From: Inquilinus limosus
GTDB taxonomy: Bacteria; Pseudomonadota; Alphaproteobacteria; DSM-16000; Inquilinaceae
Assembly (NCBI GenBank): GCA_019508225.1
Contig: JAEKLZ010000157.1
Location: 1 to 54,359, forward strand
Direction of reading: 5' to 3'
DNA length: 54,359 bases
The position numbers were made by a program, and so were the translations under genes. Below are positions 46,864 through 54,359 of this stretch, piece after piece (within the stretch, counting starts at the first letter, position 1; each line of letters begins with the position of its first letter). The notes beneath the pieces are model-generated. The model did no database searches. It saw only the letters and a list, made by a program, of their open reading frames with translations, and was not told where the DNA came from.

Positions 46864-47817
46864 TTACCGCGGGAAGAGCACGGCAATGGTGATTGCCATT
46901 GTCACGATGCTGAACACGGTGCTGGCGATGACCATGGATCCCGCCGTCTGCGAATCCAGGCGGTAGTTCACGGCGAACAGGATGCCGAAGAACCCTGACG
47001 GCACGGCCGCCAGCAGAATGGCCACCTTCGCGGTTTCGGCCGAGACCGGCAGGATGAACACGATCGCGGCGGTCAGCAGCGGCCGGATGACGTCGGCCGC
47101 TCCGGTCGCCCTGACGACTTTCCAATCCAGCCGGAAGGACTGGCCCGACAGGACCAGGCCGGTGAGGAACAGCGCGACGCCGGCGGCGGCATGCCCGATC
47201 AGCAGCAGGCAGGCGTCGGCGACCGGGCCGAGCTTCAACTGCAACAGCGAGAGCGCGATGCCGAGCACCGGAGCCAGGACGACAGGCTTGGTCAGCGCGC
47301 GCCGGAGAGCTCCGAGAATCCGCGTGGTCATCGGTCCGGCGGCGGCACCGTCCTTCGCGCCATAGACTTCGAGGAGGATCAGCGTGAGCGGGCTGACGAG
47401 AATGGAGCCGGCCGCCAGGGTGACCGCGACCGGCACAGTCCCGGTCGGGCCGAGCACCGCGGACACGATGGGGAGCCCGACACCCGCGAGATTCGGAAAG
47501 GCGATCGTCAGCGCCTGGAGCGCGGCGTCCTCCTTGCCGACCTTCGAGGTTGCATGCTGAAAGAAGTACCATGCCAGGTACAGCAGCAGCATGACGCCGC
47601 CGGAGATCGCGAAGAGCGGCATCTGAGCCAGCATTTCGCTGCGCGGTGCCGAGGCCGTCGCCGCAAACACGGATGCTGGCAGCGCGAAATCCATCACCAG
47701 CTTGTTCAGGCTGTCGACCTGATGGTTCTCGACGATGTGCATTCGTCCGGCGGCATAGCCGAGCCCCATCACGAAGAACACCGGCGCCAGCGCCAGCAGG
47801 ATTGCGTCAGACAACAC
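46864..47817 (-). CDS. mdcF: AEC-family transporter, probable malonate transporter
   Basis: About 10 TM segments, LNKLVMDFALPA, FPNLAGVGLP, AAVPSG. GTG start after GAGGAGG. Adjacent to the mdc operon. Confidence 0.75.
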   Translation of the reverse strand: MLSDAILLALAPVFFVMGLGYAAGRMHIVENHQVDSLNKLVMDFALPASVFAATASAPRSEMLAQMPLFAISGGVMLLLYLAWYFFQHATSKVGKEDAALQALTIAFPNLAGVGLPIVSAVLGPTGTVPVAVTLAAGSILVSPLTLILLEVYGAKDGAAAGPMTTRILGALRRALTKPVVLAPVLGIALSLLQLKLGPVADACLLLIGHAAAGVALFLTGLVLSGQSFRLDWKVVRATGAADVIRPLLTAAIVFILPVSAETAKVAILLAAVPSGFFGILFAVNYRLDSQTAGSMVIASTVFSIVTMAITIAVLFPR

Positions 47818-47966
47818 GGCAACGACCTCCTCTTGCGGATAACAGCGGCGATGCGCAGGCCCATCGCCGCGCAGCCCGTCCACGTCATCGGTCAAGGTTA
47901 GGGACGAAGCCGGACGCCGCTCCATCGCACGTTGGATCGTCGTTACCCCGTGTTCGTAGGGCCGGA

Positions 47967-47981
47967 CCTATACCTAGGTTT
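47967..47981 (+). promoter_or_regulatory. Putative response-regulator binding site CCTATACCTAGGTTT
   Basis: Near-identical to 44598-44612. Weaker copies at 48047-48059 and 48121-48132. Resembles StyR/TodT-type AAAC-N4-GTTT boxes. Confidence 0.45.
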
Positions 47982-48213
47982 CGGGCGCTGTTTCGAACCG
48001 ACCATTCCGGCCTGCCGGTCGGGGGCGCTGAACCAGTCTTCGGCCCCATACCAAAGTCTCTGTCCGGCGACCGGAAGTCAGGGGCCCGGCAGCCCTGCCG
48101 TCCAATGGAGGGCGGGCAGGGGACCGCCGTATCGTTCATCTCGTGGTCTCGACGACGCTCCTTCCGGGTCGCTCGGAGACCACTCCCGATGCTCAAACAA
48201 TCGAGGTGGTCTC

Positions 48214-49011
48214 ATGTCCGCGTTCCACAGCAAGCGCATCCTCCTGCTGGCATCGCTGCTGGCCTCCGTCGCCCCCGCCGCCGCGTCGGCCGCTCCTGCC
48301 GCGCCGATCAAGAACATCGTGCTGGTCCACGGCGCCTGGGTCGACGCCTCCGGCTGGAAGCCGGTCTACGACATCCTGAGCCGGGATGGCTTCCACGTGA
48401 CCATGGTGCAGCAGCCGCTGACCAGCCTGGCCGACGACGTCGCCGCCACCAAGCGGGTCCTCGACCAGCAGGATGGGCCGACCGTCCTGGTGGCCCACAG
48501 CTACGGCGGGTCGATCATCACCGAAGCCGGCGATGACCCGCATGTCGCGGCCTTGGTCTATGTCGCGGCGCATGCGCCCGATGTCGGCGAGGACGAAGCC
48601 GCCCTCGGCAAGAAGACGCCGAGCGTCACCTCACAGGTGCCCGGCGCGGTGGTGAAGACGGCGGACGGCTATACCTATCTGCGGCCGGACCTCTTCCCCT
48701 CCCATTTCGCCGCCGACCTGCCGCTCGACCAGGCGAAGTTCGAGGCGCAGTCCCAGGTCCTGACCGCGGCGGCGGTGTTCTCCACCCCGATGACCGTGGC
48801 CGCCTGGAAGACCAAGCCGAGCTGGGGCATCGTCGCCGGCGCCGACAAGATCATCAACCCGGACCTCGAGCGCTTCTACTACGAGCGCGCCCACAGCCAC
48901 GTCACCGTGCTCGAGGGCGCCAGCCACTCGGTCTACGAATCCCGCCCGAAGGAGGTCGCCGCCGTCATCGAGCAGGCGGCTCGGTCGGCTGAGACGGTCG
49001 CAGCCAAATAG
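48214..49011 (+). CDS. Exported alpha/beta hydrolase
   Basis: Signal peptide; VLVHGAW; nucleophile AHSYGG; DKII; ASHSV. Confidence 0.92.
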   Translation: MSAFHSKRILLLASLLASVAPAAASAAPAAPIKNIVLVHGAWVDASGWKPVYDILSRDGFHVTMVQQPLTSLADDVAATKRVLDQQDGPTVLVAHSYGGSIITEAGDDPHVAALVYVAAHAPDVGEDEAALGKKTPSVTSQVPGAVVKTADGYTYLRPDLFPSHFAADLPLDQAKFEAQSQVLTAAAVFSTPMTVAAWKTKPSWGIVAGADKIINPDLERFYYERAHSHVTVLEGASHSVYESRPKEVAAVIEQAARSAETVAAK

Positions 49012-49022
49012 GCCGCTCCCGC

Positions 49023-49049
49023 CGCCCGGCCCGTCAGGCGGGCCGGGCG
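49023..49049. repeat. Intercistronic 11-bp perfect hairpin
   Basis: CGCCCGGCCCG-tcagg-CGGGCCGGGCG with no U-tract. Confidence 0.6.
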
Positions 49050-49094
49050 AGCCAATCCGATCTCTCCCCAGCACAGTCGACGGAGGTGCGTGCG

Positions 49095-50768
49095 ATGACC
49101 GTCCAATCGAAGGTCCCGGCGCAGCGCGAATGGGATACCGGGAGGCAATCCCGCGAGCAGCGCCTAGCTGCGGCCGGCCGCTATGCCAAAGGCAAGCTGG
49201 TCGCGCCCGATGATGCGACCAGGCTGCTCGAGGCGGTGATCCGCCCGGGGGACCGCGTCTGCCTGGAGGGCGACAACCAGAAGCAGGCGGATTTCCTCGC
49301 GCGCTGTCTTGCCGCGGTGGACCCGAACATCGTCCGGGACCTCCACATCGTGCAGTCCGGGCTGGTCCTCGCCGAGCATCTCGACCTGTTCGAGGCCGGG
49401 ATCGCCCGCCGGCTCGATTTCTCCTATTCCGGCCCGCAGGGCGCCGCGCTGGCACGGACGCTCAATGCCGGAAAGATCGAGCTCGGCGCGATCCACACCT
49501 ATCTCGAGCTGTTCTCGCGCTACTTCGTCGACCTGACACCGCATGTGGCGCTGACCGTCGCGCGCTGCGCCGACCGCGACGGCAACCTCTATATGGGTCC
49601 GAACACGGAAGACTCTCCCGTGGTGATCGAGGCCACGGCGTTCAAGCAGGGCATCGTCATCGCCCAGGTGAACGAGATCGTCGACAAGGTGCCGCGGGTC
49701 GACGTGCCCGGCGACCGCGTCGACTTCGTGGTCGTCGCGCCCGAGACCTTCTATGTCGAGCCCCTGTTCACCCGCGACCCGGCGCAGATCACCGAGACCC
49801 AGATCCTGACCGGGATGCTGGCGATCCGCGGGATCTACGAAGAATACGGAGTCCGGCGGCTGAACCACGGCATCGGGTTCAACACCGCCGCGATCGAGCT
49901 GCTGCTGCCGACCTATGCCGAGCGGCTCGGCCTGAAGGGGCGCATCGCGACCCATTTCGCCCTGAATCCGCATCCCACCCTGATCCCGGCGATCGAGACC
50001 GGCTGGGTGCAGCAGGTCCACAGCTTCGGGTCGGAGGTGGGCATGGACGCGTATATGCGCGCCCGCCCGGACATCTTCTTCACCGGCCGGGACGGTTCGA
50101 TGGCGTCGAACCGCATGTACTGCCAGGCCGCCGGCCTGTACGCGACCGACCTGTTCATCGGGTCGACCCTGCAGATCGACCTGCAGGGCAACAGCTCGAC
50201 CGTCACGCGCAACCGGATCGCGGGGTTCGGCGGCGCGCCGAACATGGGCTCCGACCCGCATGGCCGACGCCATGCCAGCGAAGCCTGGCTGAAGGCGGGG
50301 CGCGAAGCGGCGGACGGGCAGATGCAGCAATTGCCGCGCGGCCGCAAGCTGGTGGTCCAGATCGTCGAGACCTTCGGCGAGAAGCTGGTCCCGACCTTCG
50401 TCGAGCAGCTCGACAGCATCCAGCTCGCCGAGGCGCTCCACCTCGATCTGCCGCCGGTGATGATCTATGGCGACGACGTGACCCACATCGTCACGGAGGA
50501 GGGAATCGCGAACCTCCTGCTGTGCCGCACCGCCTATGAGCGCGAGCAGGCGATCCGCGGCGTGGCCGGGTACACGCCGGTGGGCCGCGCCCGCGACCGC
50601 CGCGTTGTGGAGGAGCTGCGGGCCCGCAAGGTCGTCCGCCGGCCGGAAGATCTCGGCATCGATCCGCTCGACACTCACAAGAGCCTGCTCGCCGCGCACT
50701 CCGTCAAGGATCTGATGCACTGGTCGGGCAATCTCTACGACCCGCCCCGCAAATTCCGGAACTGGTAG
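49095..50768 (+). CDS. mdcA: Malonate decarboxylase alpha subunit
   Basis: GDRVCLEGDNQKQADFL, IHTYLELF, GPNTED, NHGIGFNTAAIELLLPTY, GFGGAPNMG, YDPPRKFRNW. Confidence 0.97.
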   Translation: MTVQSKVPAQREWDTGRQSREQRLAAAGRYAKGKLVAPDDATRLLEAVIRPGDRVCLEGDNQKQADFLARCLAAVDPNIVRDLHIVQSGLVLAEHLDLFEAGIARRLDFSYSGPQGAALARTLNAGKIELGAIHTYLELFSRYFVDLTPHVALTVARCADRDGNLYMGPNTEDSPVVIEATAFKQGIVIAQVNEIVDKVPRVDVPGDRVDFVVVAPETFYVEPLFTRDPAQITETQILTGMLAIRGIYEEYGVRRLNHGIGFNTAAIELLLPTYAERLGLKGRIATHFALNPHPTLIPAIETGWVQQVHSFGSEVGMDAYMRARPDIFFTGRDGSMASNRMYCQAAGLYATDLFIGSTLQIDLQGNSSTVTRNRIAGFGGAPNMGSDPHGRRHASEAWLKAGREAADGQMQQLPRGRKLVVQIVETFGEKLVPTFVEQLDSIQLAEALHLDLPPVMIYGDDVTHIVTEEGIANLLLCRTAYEREQAIRGVAGYTPVGRARDRRVVEELRARKVVRRPEDLGIDPLDTHKSLLAAHSVKDLMHWSGNLYDPPRKFRNW

Positions 50769-50777
50769 GAGGCTGCC

Positions 50778-51092
50778 ATGGTGATCATCAAGCTTCGATA
50801 CGCCCCCGGCCGCCCGGCTGCGGGGCAGGCCCGGAGCGCCATCGTCGGCGTCGTCGCGTCCGGCAATCTCGAAGTGCTGCTCGAACGCGCGTTGCCGGAC
50901 ACCGAATGCTCGGTCGAGATCGCCACGCCGGTGCGCGGCTATGACGAGGTGTGGAAGGCGGTCGTCGCCGACTTCGTCGAGCGTGCCTCCCCGGGCGGGC
51001 TCCGCATCTCGATCAATGACGGCGGGGCCCGGCCGGACACGGTGGCGCTGCGGCTGGTGCAGGGCGTCAGGATGATGGAGGCGGCACGATGA
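50778..51092 (+). CDS. mdcC: Malonate decarboxylase acyl-carrier (delta) subunit
   Basis: GVVASGNLEVL (prosthetic-group Ser); INDGGARPDTVALRL. Confidence 0.95.
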   Translation: MVIIKLRYAPGRPAAGQARSAIVGVVASGNLEVLLERALPDTECSVEIATPVRGYDEVWKAVVADFVERASPGGLRISINDGGARPDTVALRLVQGVRMMEAAR

Positions 51093-52021
51093 ATGACAAT
51101 GCGATCCGCCAGTCCGCCAGCCAAGAGTCCGCGAGCTGGTTCCTGGCCTCCGCCCGCGAGCGCCTCGCCGGCCTGCTCGATCCGGACAGCTTCATCGAGA
51201 TCCTGCCGCCGTCGGACCGCGTGCAGAGCCCTCACCTGGCGCTGTTCGATCTTCCTGCCGCGTTCGACGACGGCATGATCGTCGGGCGCGGGCGCCTCGA
51301 CGGCCGGGAGGTGCTGGTCGCCGCCCAGGAGGGGCAGTTCATGGGCGGCACCTTCGCCGAGGTGAGCGGGGCGAAGCTGGTCGGCCTGCTTCGGGCGGCG
51401 CGCGACCGTGCCGATCTCCCCGTCCTGCTGCTGCTCGACAGCGGCGGCGTGCGGCTGCAGGAGGCCAATGCCGGCGAGCTCGCCGTCGCCGAGGTGATGC
51501 GGGCGATCGCCGAAGCCCGCAGCGCCGGCGTCGCGGTGATCGCCCTGGTCGGTGGGCGTTCCGGGGCGTTCGGCGGCGCCGGACTGACCGCCGCCACCTG
51601 CTCGCGGATCGCGATCTCCGAGCAGGGACGGCTCGGGGTCACTGGCCCCGAGGTGATCGAGACCAATCAGGGCGTCGAGGAGTTCGACTCCAAGGACAAG
51701 GCCCTGGTCTGGAGCGTCACCGGCGGCCGGACGCGCCGCCTGATCGGGGGCGCCGACGCCTATGCCATGGACACGATGGCCGGCTTTCGCGGGGCCGCGC
51801 TCGCCCTGCTCGACCGGGTGCCGGCCTTCGACCTGCGGACGCTGCAGGCCGAGCAGGAAAGGCTCGCGGCGCGGCAGGCCCGGCTCGGCGGCTGCAGCAG
51901 CGCCACCGAGATGTGGGCCATCCTCGGCATCGCCGATCCGGAGGGCGTTCGGGACATGGACGACGAGGCGTTCGCCGCACTCGCCGCCAAGGTGAAAGGA
52001 CTGGATCATGACGGTCGATGA
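51089..52021 (+). CDS. mdcD: Malonate decarboxylase beta subunit
   Basis: AAQEGQFMGG, DSGGVRLQEANAGE, GPEVIETNQGVEEFDS. Confidence 0.95.
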   Translation: MNDNAIRQSASQESASWFLASARERLAGLLDPDSFIEILPPSDRVQSPHLALFDLPAAFDDGMIVGRGRLDGREVLVAAQEGQFMGGTFAEVSGAKLVGLLRAARDRADLPVLLLLDSGGVRLQEANAGELAVAEVMRAIAEARSAGVAVIALVGGRSGAFGGAGLTAATCSRIAISEQGRLGVTGPEVIETNQGVEEFDSKDKALVWSVTGGRTRRLIGGADAYAMDTMAGFRGAALALLDRVPAFDLRTLQAEQERLAARQARLGGCSSATEMWAILGIADPEGVRDMDDEAFAALAAKVKGLDHDGR

Positions 52022-52748
52022 GATCCTGGCGGGTCTGTTCCCCGCCGGGCACGATGTGGTCGTGCGCCCCGACAAGCTGATCCTGGGGACCGGTCGCCGC
52101 GAGAATGGCGGCACGGTCGAGGTGATCGGCATCGCCGATGGAGAGCCGCTCGGGATCGACGGCGTCCTGCCCCTCGCCGAACGGGTGCTGCGTGTGATCG
52201 CGGCCGGTGGCGACACGCCGATCCTGGTGATGGTGGACACGCGCAGCCAGCGCATGGCCCGTCGCGACGAGATGCTCGGCCTCAACGAATATCTCGCGCA
52301 TCTCGCCAAATGCCTGCTGCTGGCCAGCCGGGAAGGGCATCGCACGGTCGGGCTGAACCACGGCAAGGCGGCCGCCGGTGCGTTTCTGGCCACCGGGCTG
52401 GCGACGGCCATCCTCGTCGCCTTGCCGGGCGCGGAGCCCGCCGTCATGGACCTGCCGTCGATGGCACGGGTCACGAAATTGCCGGAAGACAAGCTTCGGG
52501 CGCTGTCGCAGACGACCCCCGTCTTCGCGCCTGGCCTCGCCTCCATGACCGAGGTCGGAGCGGTGGCGGAGATCTGGGACCCGCGCCAGCCGCTCGTCAC
52601 CCAGCTCGAAGCGGCCCTGGCGGCCAGCTCGGGCCATGATGCCAGGGATGCGCTGGGAGCGAAGCGCGGCGGCCGGCGCCTGGCGTCGGGACTGGCCCGG
52701 CGCGTGGCGGAGCAGGTCGTCGAGAGCGGTCATGCCGCAGCGCCATGA
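52008..52748 (+). CDS. mdcE: Malonate decarboxylase gamma subunit
   Basis: PILVMVDTRSQRMARRDEMLGLN, GAFLATG, VMDLPSMARVTK, PVFAPG. Confidence 0.93.
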   Translation: MTVDEILAGLFPAGHDVVVRPDKLILGTGRRENGGTVEVIGIADGEPLGIDGVLPLAERVLRVIAAGGDTPILVMVDTRSQRMARRDEMLGLNEYLAHLAKCLLLASREGHRTVGLNHGKAAAGAFLATGLATAILVALPGAEPAVMDLPSMARVTKLPEDKLRALSQTTPVFAPGLASMTEVGAVAEIWDPRQPLVTQLEAALAASSGHDARDALGAKRGGRRLASGLARRVAEQVVESGHAAAP

Positions 52749-53397
52749 CCTGCTGCGCGTGATGCCGGGCGGGTGGCCGGCGGTGCTGGCCGCATCGCCC
52801 GGCTTCCAGGACCTGGAGTACGGGCCGCGCCGGCTCGTCGCCGGCTGGGCGGAACGCGGCTGGCCGGTGATCGCACGCCGCCCGGCCGCCGAGGAGGGGG
52901 AGGGCGGCGTCGCCGTCGGCCTGCCCCTGCCACCGGCCTACGGCAAGCTGCGTCTCGCACTGTCCATCCCCGCCGAGCTGGTGACGGAGCCCGTCGCCGC
53001 CGTCCCGCTCAGCGCGGCGGTGGCCTCCGTCCCCGCCGCCTGGCGGTCCCAGGTGGACGGGCTGATCGCCCTGGGCGAGCGGCTGGCGTTGGCCCCGCTT
53101 CTGTTTGGGGCGCTGCTCTGGCAACGCCTGACGGGTCTGCCCTATCTGCGGTCCGGATCGGATATCGACCTGATCTGGCCCAGGCCGAAGGCGGAGATCC
53201 TGCCCGATCTGCTCGACGGCCTCGACCGGCTGGACATGACCGGCCCGGTCCGGCTCGACGGCGAGATCGCGCTGGACGCCGGAAGCGGGGTGAACTGGCG
53301 GGAGCTGCGGCAGGAATTCCGCCGGCCCGGCGGCGCCGTGCTCGTCAAATCCATGGACGGAGCGGACATCCGATGCGTGCACACCCTCTTCGCCTGA
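52732..53397 (+). CDS. mdcG: Malonate decarboxylase holo-ACP synthase (phosphoribosyl-dephospho-CoA transferase)
   Basis: RHDLL, WPVIARR, GLPLPP..GKLR, FGALLWQ.LTGLPYL...SDIDL, RLDGE, VNWRE. Confidence 0.93.
   Translation: MPQRHDLLRVMPGGWPAVLAASPGFQDLEYGPRRLVAGWAERGWPVIARRPAAEEGEGGVAVGLPLPPAYGKLRLALSIPAELVTEPVAAVPLSAAVASVPAAWRSQVDGLIALGERLALAPLLFGALLWQRLTGLPYLRSGSDIDLIWPRPKAEILPDLLDGLDRLDMTGPVRLDGEIALDAGSGVNWRELRQEFRRPGGAVLVKSMDGADIRCVHTLFA
53204..53334 (+). repeat. 131-bp direct repeat, copy 1 (inside mdcG)
   Basis: Identical to 54229-54359 except for one base (53330 G vs 54355 A). Confidence 0.95.
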
Positions 53398-54359
53398 GCC
53401 GTCCGGCGCCGGACGCCGGCATTGCGCCCCAGCGGCAGGTATCCGTCCTTCCCGTTGCGGTCGCCGAGCGGCTGGGCGACATCGCTTCCGCGGCCCTCGT
53501 CGCCGAGCTGGAGACTTGGCCGAAGCCCGGCCTGGTGAGTCATGTCGACAGCGGCAGTCATGACGACATGGACCACACCACCTTCCGTCGCAGCGCCGGT
53601 GCGATCCGCCCCTTCTTTGCCCGCCTGGCGATCGCCGGCGCGGCGGGGGCGGAGATGGAGCTGCTCCGCCAGATCGGCCGGGACGCCGAGGAGGCGATGC
53701 TCGCCGCCACAGGCGGCGTGAACACCCACCGAGGTGCCATCTTCGGCCTGGGGCTGCTCTGCGCCGCAGCCGGAGCAGCCTCGGCGGAAGGCGCGCCGGC
53801 GCGCCTGTCGGCCACGCAGCTGACGGATATCGTCGCCCGGCGCTGGGGCGACGATATCCTGCGCGGTCCGATCCCGCTCCGCAGCAACGGCAGCGGCGTG
53901 TTGCGCCGGTTCGGGGCGGGGGGCGCCCGCGCGGAAGCCGCGGCAGGATTCCCGCAACTCCGAGGGATCGGGCTGCCGGGTCTCCGGCGGGGACGCGCTC
54001 TCGCTGGTGACGAGGGCGCCGCGCGCGTCCAGGCCATCTTCGCTCTGATGGCGGAGGTCGAGGACACCAATCTGCTTCATCGCGGCGGCAGTGCGGGCTT
54101 GCAGGACGCGCAAGATGCTGCGCGACGGTTCCTGGATGACGGCGGCGTGGGGCAGGGCGATTGGGAGGCTCGCGCGGTGGTGATCCACCACGAGTTCATC
54201 CGGCGGCGCCTCAGCGCCGGCGGATGCGCCGATCTGCTCGACGGCCTCGACCGGCTGGACATGACCGGCCCGGTCCGGCTCGACGGCGAGATCGCGCTGG
54301 ACGCCGGAAGCGGGGTGAACTGGCGGGAGCTGCGGCAGGAATTCCGCCGGCCCGACGGC
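53373..54359 (+). CDS. mdcB: Triphosphoribosyl-dephospho-CoA synthase; the 3' end is replaced by duplicated mdcG sequence and runs off the window
   Basis: Manual translation: ELETWPKPGLVSHVDSGSHDDMD...AATGGVNTHRGAIFGLGLL...GARAEA...DTNLLHRGG...LSAGGCADLL, then mdcG-derived DGLDRLDMTG. Confidence 0.9.
   Translation, partial: MRAHPLRLSRPAPDAGIAPQRQVSVLPVAVAERLGDIASAALVAELETWPKPGLVSHVDSGSHDDMDHTTFRRSAGAIRPFFARLAIAGAAGAEMELLRQIGRDAEEAMLAATGGVNTHRGAIFGLGLLCAAAGAASAEGAPARLSATQLTDIVARRWGDDILRGPIPLRSNGSGVLRRFGAGGARAEAAAGFPQLRGIGLPGLRRGRALAGDEGAARVQAIFALMAEVEDTNLLHRGGSAGLQDAQDAARRFLDDGGVGQGDWEARAVVIHHEFIRRRLSAGGCADLLDGLDRLDMTGPVRLDGEIALDAGSGVNWRELRQEFRRPDG
54229..54359 (+). repeat. 131-bp direct repeat, copy 2 (window end)
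   Basis: Offset of 1025 bp from copy 1; junction at the shared CCGATCTGCTCG. Confidence 0.95.

Overview
High-GC window whose gene content and promoter style suggest an alphaproteobacterium, probably Rhodospirillales (inference). From left to right: (1) the 5' part of a dihydropyrimidinase gene with a RutR-type operator; (2) a compact lambda-like switch of a cI-type XRE/S24 repressor, cro and two phage-like genes. It has five copies of an ATACG-N3-CGTAT operator, and its leftward promoter drives a suhB/MmgR (alpha-r8)-type small RNA instead of a phage operon. (3) VOC, HAD and DEAD-box genes, a patch of gene fragments, and an ArsR-MFS pair. (4) A ~26 kb co-oriented minus-strand cluster: a giant filamentous-haemagglutinin-like TpsA, ShlB/FhaC, DUF2341-LamG-ExbB, ExbD, TonB-like, a putative porin, a coiled-coil protein, a parvulin PPIase, a small cytoplasmic protein, a GldAFG-type ABC system, an RTX mini-protein and a DING-type phosphate-binding protein, with Pho-box-like repeats. 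(5) TetR plus a PaoABC-like molybdoenzyme. (6) A lower-GC regulatory island (wHTH-ATPase-TPR regulator, sensorless kinase, two response regulators). (7) SDR, an AEC malonate transporter, an alpha/beta hydrolase and the malonate decarboxylase operon mdcACDEGB, ending in a 131-bp duplication at the window edge. No rRNA, tRNA, CRISPR array or intact mobile element was recognised. All family calls come from motif recognition by eye; no database search was run.
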